32,000 nucleotides of DNA from Fastidiosibacter lacustris (GTDB taxonomy: Bacteria; Pseudomonadota; Gammaproteobacteria; Francisellales; Francisellaceae). Below the pieces are notes generated by a model. The model ran no database searches. It saw only the letters and a list, made by a program, of their open reading frames with translations, and was not told the origin of the DNA. Location: NCBI RefSeq assembly GCF_003428155.1, contig NZ_QLIR01000001.1, positions 60,001 through 92,000 of the forward strand. Reading direction: 5' to 3'. Below are positions 1 through 8,549 of this stretch, one piece after another; the first letter of the stretch is position 1; each line of letters opens with the position of its first letter. The position numbers and the translations under genes were made by a program.

Positions 1-2
1 TT

Positions 3-857
3 TATTGGCAAGATGATTCAAATCGACCTAATTATTCAAACAGCCAGCTTGCTCAAAGCCATAATCAAGATTTGAGGTTGTATGAAAGATTGATAGGTAA
101 AGCTGCAAATCAATTTTCATCAACAGAAGAGCTTGCCTCAAACACAACCATAAAAAAAGATAAATGGCAATCTGCAACCCAGTTGAGTATGCCATTAGAT
201 GAGTTAGATATCGACCATGAGATAGCTACAAAAGAAATACAAACAGTTCCACAGTTGCAACTAGAAGATAAAAAGTACCCATTAGGATTTGCTGTAGCAC
301 AAGTGCATGGCATTTTTATCTTATCCCAAACCGAAGATGGCTTAATTGTTGTTGACATGCACGCCGCACATGAGCGTGTATTATATGAAAAAGTAAAAGC
401 ATTATGGGCAAATAACAAGGTGGTTTCTCAGCAACTGCTGTTACCTATTACTTTTGAGTTAAGTACAATATTATTAGATGTTCTTCTTCAACATGAAAAA
501 ATGTTAAGTAAACTGGGGTTTGTGTATGCTCCTTTGGGTGAGAAAACGTTGGTGGTGCGTGAAATCCCTGTTTATTTAAAAAGTAGCCATATAGAGGACT
601 TATTGCTTAACATTGCCAAAAGTCTGGAGTTGAGTACCCAATCTAAAGAGATAGATGACTACATTAATCAAATTTTAGCTACGATGTCGTGTCATAAAGC
701 CGTGCGTGCAAATGATAATTTGACTTTGCAAGAAATGAATCATTTATTACGTGAGATGGAGCAAACTGCACGTGCGGATCAATGTAATCACGGTCGTCCT
801 ACGTGGGTTAAAGTAAGCGTTGCAGATTTAGATAAGCTTTTTATGCGTGGACAGTGA
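3..857 (+). CDS. mutL: DNA mismatch repair protein MutL, C-terminal part (5' truncated by window edge)
   Basis: Frame is open from base 3 to the stop at 857; motifs 'FAVAQVHGIFILSQTEDGLIVVDMHAAHERVLYEK', 'MSCHKAVRANDNLTLQEMNHLLREM' and terminal 'CNHGRPTWVKVSVADLDKLFMRGQ' are typical of the MutL C-terminal domain. Confidence 0.95.
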   Translation, partial: YWQDDSNRPNYSNSQLAQSHNQDLRLYERLIGKAANQFSSTEELASNTTIKKDKWQSATQLSMPLDELDIDHEIATKEIQTVPQLQLEDKKYPLGFAVAQVHGIFILSQTEDGLIVVDMHAAHERVLYEKVKALWANNKVVSQQLLLPITFELSTILLDVLLQHEKMLSKLGFVYAPLGEKTLVVREIPVYLKSSHIEDLLLNIAKSLELSTQSKEIDDYINQILATMSCHKAVRANDNLTLQEMNHLLREMEQTARADQCNHGRPTWVKVSVADLDKLFMRGQ

Positions 858-1147
858 TTTAGTTTTATTGAACGTAATCAAAATCTGAAAAATACGAGTG
901 ATATTTTGAAAAATAAGTGTGTGGGTAGAAAGTTTGAAATAGAATTTATGTAAAGACCAATTACATTATCGTGCACTAACTTGCTTTTTGAAAAAAGCGG
1001 CGTGATTATTTTAAGATTAAAGTACTCCTCAATATCAAAATCATTAAAAGTAAAAATAAAGAAAGAATTGGCAAGATTTTTGGGTAGTAAAAGCACTCAA
1101 AAAACTTGCTTTAAATCAAGATTCTTGAACAAATCTAGTTAAGGTGT

Positions 1148-1175
1148 TTGGTGATCGGATTAAATGGTGTATAAT
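1148..1175 (+). promoter_or_regulatory. Candidate sigma70 promoter upstream of trhO (TTGGTG - 16 bp - TATAAT)
   Basis: Perfect -10 TATAAT at 1170-1175 with a plausible -35 TTGGTG at 1148-1153; leaves a long (~130 nt) leader before the ORF at 1314. Confidence 0.5.
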
Positions 1176-1313
1176 GCGTACACTTTTGCTGGTGTGATGC
1201 AAAATATTCACGCGCTATGTCCCTTTGCGAATGATTTTGTAGGTTTTATGCCAAAAAAATTTGTGATGGATACAGTTGCTTAGTTTTGAATAATTTGGAA
1301 ATGAAGAATAGCT

Positions 1314-2309
1314 ATGCCAAACTACGTTGTGTCTGCGATGTATAAATTTGTCGCATTAGATGATTTTGAAGAACTTAGAGAACCTTTGTTAAAGGTGATG
1401 GAAAACAACCTTGTACGTGGCACACTATTGCTTGCTAAAGAAGGTATTAATGGGACGATTGCTGGCACTAAAGAAGGTATTGAAGCCGTACTTACGTATT
1501 TGAAATCCGATCAGCGCTTAGCCGATATCTCATCTAAAGAGTCGTATGATGATCATATCCCATTTAACCATGCCAAAGTTAAACTTAAAAAAGAAATCGT
1601 GACTTTAGGTGTAGAGGGGCTTAATCCACGTAAAGTATGTGGTACTTATGTTAAACCAAAAGATTGGAATGCTCTTATTTCAGATCCTGATGTGTTAGTT
1701 ATTGATACTCGTAATGACTATGAGATTGGAATTGGTACATTTAAAAATGCAATTAATCCACATACAGAAACATTTCGTCAATTTCCTGAGTACGTTGAAA
1801 AAAATTTGGATAAAAATAAACACAAAAAAGTTGCAATGTTTTGCACAGGTGGTATTCGCTGTGAAAAATCAACTGCCTTTTTGAAAGAAAAAGGTTTTGA
1901 AGAGGTATACCATCTTGAGGGTGGAATCTTAAAATATTTAGAAGAAGTACCAAAAGAAGAAAGTATGTGGGAAGGCGAGTGTTTTGTTTTTGACTCACGT
2001 GTTGCCGTTAATCATGCTCTAGAAAAAGGTCAATATGATCAGTGTTATGCTTGTCGTAAGCCAATTACTGAAGAAGATAAGTTAAAACCTGAGTATGAGA
2101 AAGGCATCTCATGCCATCAATGTTATGCTCAGCATACTTCTAAGCAACGTAAGCGTTTTTTAGAGCGTGAAAAGCAAACTCAACTCGCCTATAAACGTGG
2201 TGAGACGCATCTTGGTGAAGACGCTAAGCAAGCGGCTATGTTTCGAAAGGAACAAAAACAGAAAAAACGTGACCATAATCGTCAAGTTAACTTGCAAGAA
2301 ACACAATAA
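1314..2309 (+). CDS. trhO: tRNA uridine(34) hydroxylase, rhodanese-family (TrhO/YceA)
   Basis: 331 aa; '[20 protein letters not shown]', rhodanese active site '[38 protein letters not shown]', C-terminal Cys-rich 'CYACRKPI...ISCHQCY'. Confidence 0.93.
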   Translation: MPNYVVSAMYKFVALDDFEELREPLLKVMENNLVRGTLLLAKEGINGTIAGTKEGIEAVLTYLKSDQRLADISSKESYDDHIPFNHAKVKLKKEIVTLGVEGLNPRKVCGTYVKPKDWNALISDPDVLVIDTRNDYEIGIGTFKNAINPHTETFRQFPEYVEKNLDKNKHKKVAMFCTGGIRCEKSTAFLKEKGFEEVYHLEGGILKYLEEVPKEESMWEGECFVFDSRVAVNHALEKGQYDQCYACRKPITEEDKLKPEYEKGISCHQCYAQHTSKQRKRFLEREKQTQLAYKRGETHLGEDAKQAAMFRKEQKQKKRDHNRQVNLQETQ

Positions 2310-2459
2310 GTGAGGCAGGGTACTACGAGGAAAAGGCATAGATATATGTCGCATACGGTTTTGTGAAAGCTAGAGTGAAATTTTCTCTGCTTTACTCGAC
2401 TATCCAGTATTTTTAAAAGAATTTTTGGACTTTTTAAAACGTTGTGAAATGCGCTGAAT

Positions 2460-2537
2460 TGGTGGTCGCTACTGGACTCGAACCAGTGACCCCTACCATG
2501 TCAAGGTAGTACTCTAACCAAGCTGAGCTAAGCGACC
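2460..2537 (-). tRNA. tRNA-Val(GAC), CCA encoded
   Basis: Reverse complement folds as a cloverleaf: GGTCGCT acceptor pairing AGCGACC, D arm GCTC..GAGT, anticodon arm CTACC-TTGACAT-GGTAG (anticodon GAC), T arm ACTGG-TTCGAGT-CCAGT, discriminator A, genomic CCA. Confidence 0.93.
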
Positions 2538-2662
2538 AATCACGGCTGATTATAAATTTTTTAGCAAAAAGCACAAGGGGATTTAAGGTTTTTTTGTTAA
2601 AATCATCACGCAAATTAAATTCCATTTAAATTAAGATAAACAAACGCAGGACTAAAATCACC

Positions 2663-4339
2663 ATGTCTGAACAATATATTTACTCCATGCACCGAGTGGG
2701 CAAAGTTGTCCCACCTAATCGCTACATTTTAAAAGATATTTCACTATCGTTTTTTGATGGTGCAAAAATTGGCGTTTTAGGATTAAATGGCTCGGGGAAA
2801 TCAACCTTGCTTAGAATCATGGCTGGCTTGGATACTGAAATTGTTGGCGAAGCCGCTCCTCGAAAAGGTGTCAAAATTGGCTATCTACCACAGGAACCTA
2901 GGCTTGATCCTAAAAAAAATGTCAAAGGCAATGTTGAAGAAGCACTTGCTGACCTAAAAGCAATGCTGACACGTTTTGATGAAATCAGTATGAAGTTTTG
3001 CGAACCAATGTCTGATGATGAGATGAATAAGCTTTTAGTTGAACAAGGAGAATTACAAAATAAAATTGATGCCACAGGTGCTTGGGAAATTGAGCGAAAA
3101 CTTGAAATTGCTGCGGATGCTTTGCGTTTGCCTGAATGGGATGCGGATATCACTAAACTCTCTGGTGGTGAAGTGCGTCGCGTTGCACTTTGCAAACTTC
3201 TACTATCTTCACCTGACATATTACTGTTGGATGAGCCAACTAACCATTTAGATGCCGAAAGTGTGGCATGGCTTGAGCGGTTTTTGCAAGAGTATAAAGG
3301 AACCGTGGTTGCGATTACGCATGATCGTTACTTTTTAGATAACGTTGCTGAGTGGATTTTAGAGCTTGATCGTGGAGAAGGTATTCCATTTAAAGGTAAT
3401 TATTCAAGCTGGCTTGAACAAAAAGAAGCTCGCTTAGCTCAAGAAGATAAAAAACAAACCGCTCATAGAAAAGCATTGCAACAAGAACTTGAATGGGTAC
3501 GCCAAAATGCAAAAGGTCGTCAAGCTAAATCAAAGGCACGTTTAGCACGTTTTGAAGAATTAAGCTCACAAGAGTTCCAGGAGCTTAATGCCACACAAGA
3601 CTTATACATTCCACCTGGGCCACGTTTGGGCAACAAAGTCATCCATATCAATGAAATTAGCAAAGGTTTTGGGGATCGCTTATTAATAGATAAGCTTAAT
3701 TTTGAAGTTCCTGCGGGTTCAATTGTCGGGATTATTGGACCAAATGGTGCTGGGAAGTCTACTTTCTTTAAGATGATCGCAGATCTTGAAACCCCTGATC
3801 AAGGTAACGTAAGTTTTGGTGAAACCGTTGAGCTTGCTTATGTGAATCAATCGCGCGATGTGCTAGATGACAATAAGACTGTATGGGAAGAAATCTCTGA
3901 TGGTTTAGATATCATCACCGTTGGCAAATATACCATTCCATCACGCCAATATGTTGGTCGCTTTAACTTCAAAGGTTCCGATCAACAAAAATTTATTAAA
4001 GAGTTATCTGGTGGTGAGCGAAATCGCGTCCATTTAGCAAAACTCTTACGCAAAGGTGGGAACGTTATCCTATTGGATGAACCAACAAATGACCTTGACG
4101 TTGAAACTTTGCGTGCATTAGAAGAAGCAATTCTTGCCTTTCCTGGATGTGTGATGATTATATCACACGATAGATGGTTCTTAGACCGTGTAGCCACTCA
4201 TATCCTTGCTTTTGAAGGGGAGAGCCAGGTTGTTTGGTTTGAAGGCAACTATGGAGCCTATGTTGAAGATAAGAAAAAACGCTTAGGTGATGATTCAGTC
4301 GATCCACATCGTATCAAATACAAGAAACTCATAAGTTAA
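2663..4339 (+). CDS. ettA: Energy-dependent translational throttle protein EttA (ABC-F ATPase)
   Basis: 558 aa with two ABC domains (GLNGSGKST / GPNGAGKST; LSGGEVRRVAL / LSGGERNRVHL) and starts 'YIYSMHRVGKVVPPNRYILKDISLSFFDGAKIGVLG'. Confidence 0.94.
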   Translation: MSEQYIYSMHRVGKVVPPNRYILKDISLSFFDGAKIGVLGLNGSGKSTLLRIMAGLDTEIVGEAAPRKGVKIGYLPQEPRLDPKKNVKGNVEEALADLKAMLTRFDEISMKFCEPMSDDEMNKLLVEQGELQNKIDATGAWEIERKLEIAADALRLPEWDADITKLSGGEVRRVALCKLLLSSPDILLLDEPTNHLDAESVAWLERFLQEYKGTVVAITHDRYFLDNVAEWILELDRGEGIPFKGNYSSWLEQKEARLAQEDKKQTAHRKALQQELEWVRQNAKGRQAKSKARLARFEELSSQEFQELNATQDLYIPPGPRLGNKVIHINEISKGFGDRLLIDKLNFEVPAGSIVGIIGPNGAGKSTFFKMIADLETPDQGNVSFGETVELAYVNQSRDVLDDNKTVWEEISDGLDIITVGKYTIPSRQYVGRFNFKGSDQQKFIKELSGGERNRVHLAKLLRKGGNVILLDEPTNDLDVETLRALEEAILAFPGCVMIISHDRWFLDRVATHILAFEGESQVVWFEGNYGAYVEDKKKRLGDDSVDPHRIKYKKLIS

Positions 4340-5570
4340 TGTCTATTAACATTTGCTGTATTTTATCTAATCCAAGCTTAATTTCATCAAATCTTGGTCC
4401 AAAGCTTAGCCTTACATACTTTTTCAAACGCGTATTGATCATCTTACGCCTTTGCCCTGGATTGACATCAAAGAACTCACCCGGTACACAAATGACTTTG
4501 TATTGTAATAACGCTTTAAAGAATTTCATCCCATCTGCAAGTGTTTCTGGTAAGTTCTCAAGTGAGGCAAAGCAATAAAAACCGCCTTCTGGAATTCCAG
4601 GTAGCACAAAGCCCATTTCTTTTAAGCGCTGGATCATGTATTTACGTTTTTTATCAAATTCCTTTTGAATCGATTCTGCCTCTTGATCAGCATGATTTGG
4701 TTGTAAAAGAGGAATAATTGCTTTTTGAATAGAGTGTACCGCACCACCATCCAAAAATGAGCCAGCCGATGAAATTGCATCGATCACTTCTTTTGGCCCA
4801 AGGGTCCATGAAATTCTTAGACCAGGGTAGCGCCAATTTTTAGTTAAGCCATCTACAATCAGAACATTATCTTTATCAACGTCTTTTACATAGGATGCAG
4901 CACTTAGCGTTTTTTGTGACTGTTCATATAAATAATGCGAATAGAATTCATCAAAAATCATCGCACAACCGATTTTCTTAGCTGCATCGATCAATTGCTT
5001 GAGCTCATTACCTATAATGATCTGCCCTGTAGGATTACAAGGGTTTGATAAAAGCATTGCACCTAAGCCCATATTGACCATTAACCTTTCCATTTCGGCA
5101 ATATCTGGCTTAAAACCATTGGCTATTCTATAGGAGATGGGAATAGAAACAAATCCACCAAACACATTTAATAATTCTTCATAAGCCGTATAATCAGGTA
5201 AAAAATGTCCAAGGTTAATGTTATTCATTGTTGCTGCAATTCGACATAAAGCAGGACGCCCACCAGAGGAAATGGCAACGTTCTCATAAGTGTATTGTGA
5301 TTTTTTATCAAAACGATAACGATGATTATATAATTCTGCTACAGCTTTTCTTAACTCAACGTCGCCTGAAACAGGGCTATATTCTGAAGAATTTTGATCA
5401 AGTAAGATAGTTGTTAACCGTTTTGGGCTTGTTGGCATATTTCCGGTTTCAGGCGCCCCTTGCCCTAAATTTGCCCATTCTGGATTACCATAATAAAACC
5501 CATGTGCTTGGGCTTTAGACATAACATAAATAACGCCTGTTTTAGGAACACGCTTAAAACTATTTTCCAT
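4329..5570 (-). CDS. Pyridoxal-phosphate-dependent aminotransferase, class I/II
   Basis: 413 aa; PLP lysine context 'DGLTKNWRYPGLRISW', 'LLSNPCNPTGQII', 'VRLSFGPRFDEIKLGLDKI'. Its 3' end overlaps the convergent ettA 3' end by 11 bp. Confidence 0.85.
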   Translation of the reverse strand: MENSFKRVPKTGVIYVMSKAQAHGFYYGNPEWANLGQGAPETGNMPTSPKRLTTILLDQNSSEYSPVSGDVELRKAVAELYNHRYRFDKKSQYTYENVAISSGGRPALCRIAATMNNINLGHFLPDYTAYEELLNVFGGFVSIPISYRIANGFKPDIAEMERLMVNMGLGAMLLSNPCNPTGQIIIGNELKQLIDAAKKIGCAMIFDEFYSHYLYEQSQKTLSAASYVKDVDKDNVLIVDGLTKNWRYPGLRISWTLGPKEVIDAISSAGSFLDGGAVHSIQKAIIPLLQPNHADQEAESIQKEFDKKRKYMIQRLKEMGFVLPGIPEGGFYCFASLENLPETLADGMKFFKALLQYKVICVPGEFFDVNPGQRRKMINTRLKKYVRLSFGPRFDEIKLGLDKIQQMLIDINL

Positions 5571-5754
5571 GTTTAAATACTAAGTTGACGCTGCTTAATT
5601 AATATGAACTAGTATATACTTACTAACGCCTTTGAACCAATAACTTAATTTTCATGACCTGTGGAATTTATAAAAAAGCTTGCTATGCGTTGCAAGGCTG
5701 TTGTTTATTTTTACTTAAAACCGCCAACACAGTAAGTCAATAGATATTATTTTT

Positions 5755-6513
5755 TTAGTTAAAGAATACTAATTTAATCATTAAACCAAGCAATACAAAT
5801 GTCACAATTTTCTTTAACCACTTGACATTGGCTTTTAATACGAACTGTGCTCCTAACAAATACCCCATTATTGCTGCGGGCAAAGCAATCATAACAATAC
5901 ACCAATCAATTGTGCCTATCGATAGAAAATAAATTAACGCCCCAATATTAGCAGATAAATTGACAATTTTGGCATTGGTGACTGACTCCTTGGCTGACAT
6001 TGATAAAAGATACATAAAACTTAAAAATAAGAAAGTTCCAGTGCCTGGACCAAAAAAACCATCATAAGCGCCCACAGTAAAACATACCAAAACTAAACGC
6101 ACATAAAATAAGGTTGTAGGTAGGTAGCTACTTTCAGCACGATAGTTTTTAAATGTTCCAATAATCAAAATTGTTGGGATAACAATTAAAAGAAGAATAG
6201 TCATCAATTGATAATTTACCAAGTGGCTGATAAGTTTAGCTCCAAGGAGTGAACCTAAAAACGCAAATAAAATGCCAAATATAATCGTTTTCCAATAGAT
6301 TTTAACTGAATAAATAAGGCGTATAACAGCCGATAAAGTGCCCATTGACATTACCATTTTGTTTGTCCCTAATACTAAGTGAGGAGGTACGCCTATACTC
6401 AAGTAAGTTGGAATCGTAATCATCCCGCCGCCACCTGCAATACAATCTACAAAGCCAGCAAAAAAAATCATGATAAAAACAAATGCACCGGATAAAAACG
6501 AAATATGCTCCAT
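5755..6513 (-). CDS. TauE/SafE (TSUP) family membrane permease
   Basis: 252 aa, hydrophobic; 'FAGFVDCIAGGGGMITIPTYLSIGVPPHLVLGTNK' and 'VGAYDGFFGPGTGTFLFLSFM' are hallmark TSUP motifs. Confidence 0.88.
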   Translation of the reverse strand: MEHISFLSGAFVFIMIFFAGFVDCIAGGGGMITIPTYLSIGVPPHLVLGTNKMVMSMGTLSAVIRLIYSVKIYWKTIIFGILFAFLGSLLGAKLISHLVNYQLMTILLLIVIPTILIIGTFKNYRAESSYLPTTLFYVRLVLVCFTVGAYDGFFGPGTGTFLFLSFMYLLSMSAKESVTNAKIVNLSANIGALIYFLSIGTIDWCIVMIALPAAIMGYLLGAQFVLKANVKWLKKIVTFVLLGLMIKLVFFN

Positions 6514-7064
6514 TTCAGCTGCTTAAACAGTAAATATTAAAAGCTATAATGTACTTGTTATCGTTAGTCTAAGCTATTGTTTTTTAAGCTTGGACATAAA
6601 GAATTAATTAACGTTGAATGCTAATTTTCGTCGAATGGGTGTATATTTCCTCATCATAAGATTAAGTTATTAAAAGACGATAGCTAATAATCAGAGTTCG
6701 CTAACATGATGTGAAATGGCAATCTTTATTGTATGAGAAGTTGAAATTGATGATGAATCGAGGTTTGTGTAGGTAAAATTTATCAAGAAAGAGACTACCC
6801 AAGCGTTTCGGCTAATTGGTGAAACAAAAAAATTGATCAAGCGGCTTTGTGTTAGTGTTAATATAACGCCATGTTTACCTTTTTGAGGTCGAAGCTGGGA
6901 GGTAGAGATTGCATAGCATGAGGAAAAGCTTTAGTTTTTAATTTGGATAACAAAACTGGAAGCGCGCCTCATTCTATTATGCAAGACTATCCAGAACTTG
7001 TTATTGAGATTGATGATGGATCCAGCTTTGTACAGGGGGAAGTGGACAAAAAGTAATGATTATG

Positions 7065-7103
7065 AATTATGGTTTGTGCATGATTCATTCTAAATTTAAA
7101 ATT
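7065..7103 (+). repeat. Left copy of an imperfect AT-rich direct repeat flanking the AlbA_2-like gene
   Basis: AATTATGGTTTGTGCATGATTCATTCTAAATTTAAAATT; 33/39 identical (hand alignment) to 8480-8518 in the same orientation. It overlaps an internal near-palindrome atgaattatg/catgattcat. Confidence 0.55.
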
Positions 7104-7135
7104 AGGCATTCAAAATTAAAGGAAGCTGAGTTGAT

Positions 7136-8458
7136 ATGAAATTACAGGAATCGCAGACACTGGAATTTAAAGAGATATGGAAGGATGAATATCTCAAAAC
7201 GATTTGTGCTTTTGCCAATACAGATGGCGGAATGCTTTATATTGGTGTCGATGATAATGCAACGATTGTGGGGATAAGTAAGGCTGCGGAGTTTACAGAG
7301 GTTTTGCCAAATAAAATAAACAGTAGGCTTGGACTTCTTGTCGATGTTGTAATTAAAGAAGCTGATGATAAACAGTATCTTGAAATTATGGTGCCCAAAA
7401 TATACGCTCCAGTTTCATATGGTGGCAAATTTTATCAAAGAAGTGGCGCCAATACTATTGAGTTAAATGGCGGTAACCTTACTAATTTTTTACTTAAAAA
7501 GTATGGAAAAACCTGGGATGATGTGGCTGTAGAAGGTTTTGGACTTGATGAGATAGATTTAAGCGCAATAGAGAAATTTAAAAGTTTAGCTAAAGATCGG
7601 ATTCCCCGTATTGATCAGGAAAAAGATGTTATACAGTTATTGTCCAAGTTGAATTTGCATGACGGTAAATTTTTCAAAAGAGCAGCTATCTTATTGTTTG
7701 CTAAAAATCCACAAAAATACTTTATACAATCGCATTCAAAAATAGGGCGTTTTTTGACTGAATCAGATATACAAACGAGTGATATTATTGAGGGTAACTT
7801 AATTGATCAGGTTGATAAAATTTTAGACGTGCTTAGAAGCAAATATTTAAAATCGTATATTTCTTATGAAGGGATTTATCGCCGAGAAAAGCTTCAATAT
7901 CCATATTCCGCTTTACGAGAAGCCATTATTAATGCATTAGTGCATCGTGATTATATGATCAGTGTGAATCTGCAAATTAGGGTGTATGATAACAAATTCG
8001 TTATATTTAACGGAGCAACGTTACCAGAAAATATGAACGTTTCCACATTAGCAAAACCACACCCATCCATGCCGCATAATCCAGTAATCGCCAATGTGTT
8101 TTATAAAGCAGGGTTAATTGAGAGTTGGGGAAAAGGTACGCTGGATATTATTCAAGCTTTTCATGACCATAAGTTACCTAAGCCTGACTTTGAATATGAT
8201 GGCTTATCAATAAAGGTGACCTTTTATTCCAATGCAGCAAGTGGCGGAGCAAGTGGCGGAGCAAGTGGCGGAGCAAGTGGCGGAGCAAATAAGCTATATG
8301 AATTTATTAGGCAGAACCCAGGTTTGAACTCAAAGCAAATGAGTGAAATATTGCATGTTGCGCTTCGTACACTGGAAAGACATCTTAAAACCTTAAAAGA
8401 GGCACATAAAGTTGAATTTAGAGGGGCATCAAAGACAGGTGGGTATTATGTTAAATAG
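7136..8458 (+). CDS. AlbA_2-domain ATP-binding protein / RecG-like transcriptional regulator with C-terminal winged HTH
   Basis: 440 aa; N-term 'LQESQTLEFKEIWKDEYLKTICAFANTDGGMLYIGVDDNATIVGI' (AlbA_2), middle 'YPYSALREAIINALVHRDY...GLIESWGKGTLDIIQAF' (HATPase_c_4), C-term 'LNSKQMSEILHVALRTLERHLKTLKEAHKVEFRGASKTGGYY' (wHTH). Confidence 0.85.
   Translation: MKLQESQTLEFKEIWKDEYLKTICAFANTDGGMLYIGVDDNATIVGISKAAEFTEVLPNKINSRLGLLVDVVIKEADDKQYLEIMVPKIYAPVSYGGKFYQRSGANTIELNGGNLTNFLLKKYGKTWDDVAVEGFGLDEIDLSAIEKFKSLAKDRIPRIDQEKDVIQLLSKLNLHDGKFFKRAAILLFAKNPQKYFIQSHSKIGRFLTESDIQTSDIIEGNLIDQVDKILDVLRSKYLKSYISYEGIYRREKLQYPYSALREAIINALVHRDYMISVNLQIRVYDNKFVIFNGATLPENMNVSTLAKPHPSMPHNPVIANVFYKAGLIESWGKGTLDIIQAFHDHKLPKPDFEYDGLSIKVTFYSNAASGGASGGASGGASGGANKLYEFIRQNPGLNSKQMSEILHVALRTLERHLKTLKEAHKVEFRGASKTGGYYVK
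8237..8284 (+). repeat. In-frame 12-bp tandem repeat (gcaagtggcgga x4) encoding (A/G)SGG linker repeats
   Basis: Four consecutive identical 12-bp units, translated as ASGGASGGASGGASGG, located between the ATPase-like and wHTH domains. Confidence 0.95.
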
Positions 8459-8479
8459 AAGGTTGAATTAAAAATTAAA

Positions 8480-8518
8480 AATTATGGTTTGCTTATGATT
8501 AATTCACAATTTAAAATT
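8480..8518 (+). repeat. Right copy of the imperfect AT-rich direct repeat flanking the AlbA_2-like gene
   Basis: AATTATGGTTTGCTTATGATTAATTCACAATTTAAAATT, 33/39 identical to 7065-7103; preceded by TGAATTAA (8464-8471), which is an exact inverted match of TTAATTCA (8499-8506). Confidence 0.55.
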
Positions 8519-8549
8519 CAACGTGCGTAATTCCTATAAGGCTCGTAAG

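Noticed and set aside
878-1096. Minus-strand 72-aa ORF 'MLLLPKNLANSFFIFTFNDFD...'
   Set aside because: AT-rich intergenic translation with Phe/Leu/Ile bias, no family motif or clear ribosome binding site; not called.
2460-2537. tRNA-Val as an integration site (att) of a genomic island
   Set aside because: No integrase gene and no recognisable duplicate of the tRNA 3' end noticed in the window; flanking genes look like ordinary core genes.
2434-2625. Minus-strand 64-aa ORF in the ORF track
   Set aside because: Lies over the tRNA-Val gene; the peptide 'LVGVTGSSPVATT' is the usual spurious translation through a tRNA.
2881-3219. Antisense 112-aa ORF within ettA (and similar antisense or out-of-frame ORFs in trhO, wbpD, wbpM, lptA, the GT genes and others)
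   Set aside because: Shadows of strongly supported sense genes; Ser/Thr/Pro-rich compositions typical of antisense frames.
4329-4339. 11-bp overlap of ettA and the convergent aminotransferase as an unusual arrangement
   Set aside because: Short convergent 3' overlaps are common in compact bacterial genomes.
8237-8284. Possible CRISPR or repeat array
   Set aside because: 12-bp uninterrupted coding tandem repeat with no spacers; no CRISPR-like array seen elsewhere in the window.
7136-8458. AlbA_2/RecG-like gene as a defence system or toxin-antitoxin component
   Set aside because: No partner nuclease, toxin, methylase or other defence gene nearby; the family is usually annotated as a transcriptional regulator/ATP-binding protein, so a defence claim is not supported from sequence alone.
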